From positions 46,309 through 66,308 of the forward strand of contig JAXLNO010000705.1 of the NCBI GenBank assembly GCA_038087875.1: DNA of 20,000 nt, read 5' to 3'. The notes beneath the pieces were generated by a model. The model did not search any database and was not told the DNA's origin. It saw nothing but the letters and a program-made list of their open reading frames with translations. Origin of the DNA: Malacoraja senta. Taxonomy: Eukaryota. Shown piece by piece: positions 19,445 through 20,000 of the stretch. Each line of letters begins with the position of its first letter. Within the stretch, counting starts at the first letter, position 1. Made by a program: the position numbers and the translations under genes.

Positions 19445-19705
19445 CCGAGTCCATGCTGACCAGCGATCGGCCCGTACACTAGCAATACCCTACACACTAG
19501 CAACAATTTACAAATTTGCCGAAGCAAAATATAATCCATAAACCTGCACGACTTTGGAGTGTGGAGGGAAACCGGAGCATCCGAAGGAAACCCGCGCGGG
19601 TCACGGGGAGAACGTGCAATACTCCGTACAGACAGCACCCGTGGTCAGGATCGAACCCGGGTCTCTGGCGCTGTGAATCTGCAACTCTACCGCTGCGCCA
19701 CCGTG
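19440..19705 (-). mobile_element. V-SINE/HE1-like SINE lacking its tail
   Basis: Complement of A box (ctaccgctgcgccaccgtg), B box (ggatcgaacc) and V domain. Confidence 0.9.
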
Positions 19706-19711
19706 AAGCCA

Positions 19712-20000
19712 TAAGTTATAGGATCCATTCGGCCCATCAAGTCTACCCCACCATTCAATCATATCTCTCCCTCCTAACCCCATTCTCCTGCCTTCTCCCC
19801 ATAACCCCTGACACCCGTACTAATCAAGAACCATTCAATCTCCGCCTTAAAAATAGCCATTGGCTGTGGCAATGAATTCCACGGATTCACCACCCCTCTG
19901 AATGAAGAAACTCTCGAAATTAAAGACAATATCAGGGCATCAAAGATTACAGGGAGAAGACAGGAGAATGGGTTTGAGAGGGAAAAATAGATCAGCCATG
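19712..20000. mobile_element. Diverged CR1 3' ends (minus about 19712-19910; plus about 19935-20000)
   Basis: cattctcctgccttctccccataacc, and gggagaag.caggagaatggg..atagatcagccatg. Confidence 0.8.

Noticed and set aside
18424..19638. 404-aa ORF as a host gene
   Set aside because: The N-terminus is SINE read-through and the remainder is a truncated Rex1/Babar fragment lacking the RT catalytic core

Overview
Eukaryotic, almost entirely repeat-derived DNA. The repeat families (V-SINE/HE1-like tRNA SINEs, CR1 LINEs with short tandem-repeat tails, Rex1/Babar, Penelope) suggest a cartilaginous fish such as a skate or ray; this is an inference. No intact host gene is evident, and nearly all tracked ORFs are retroelement debris or their antisense shadows. 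The main structure is a ~4.07-kb DIRS1-type tyrosine-recombinase retrotransposon (11320-15387, minus strand). It has near-perfect ITRs and an internal complementary region (ICR), decayed gag/RT/RNaseH/YR coding regions, a reconstructable ATT-core integration site inside a CR1, and a duplicated intron-like 5' leader. The window also holds a Penelope-like element 3' end (GIY-YIG C-terminus plus minimal hammerhead ribozyme motif) and several ~130-nt hammerhead-headed short copies, three of them in the same ~20-nt stretch of Rex1 3' UTRs. The rest is a ~1-kb open Rex1/Babar fragment and many nested CR1/SINE insertions with microhomology or TSD junctions. Family names come from motif recognition only; no database search was run.
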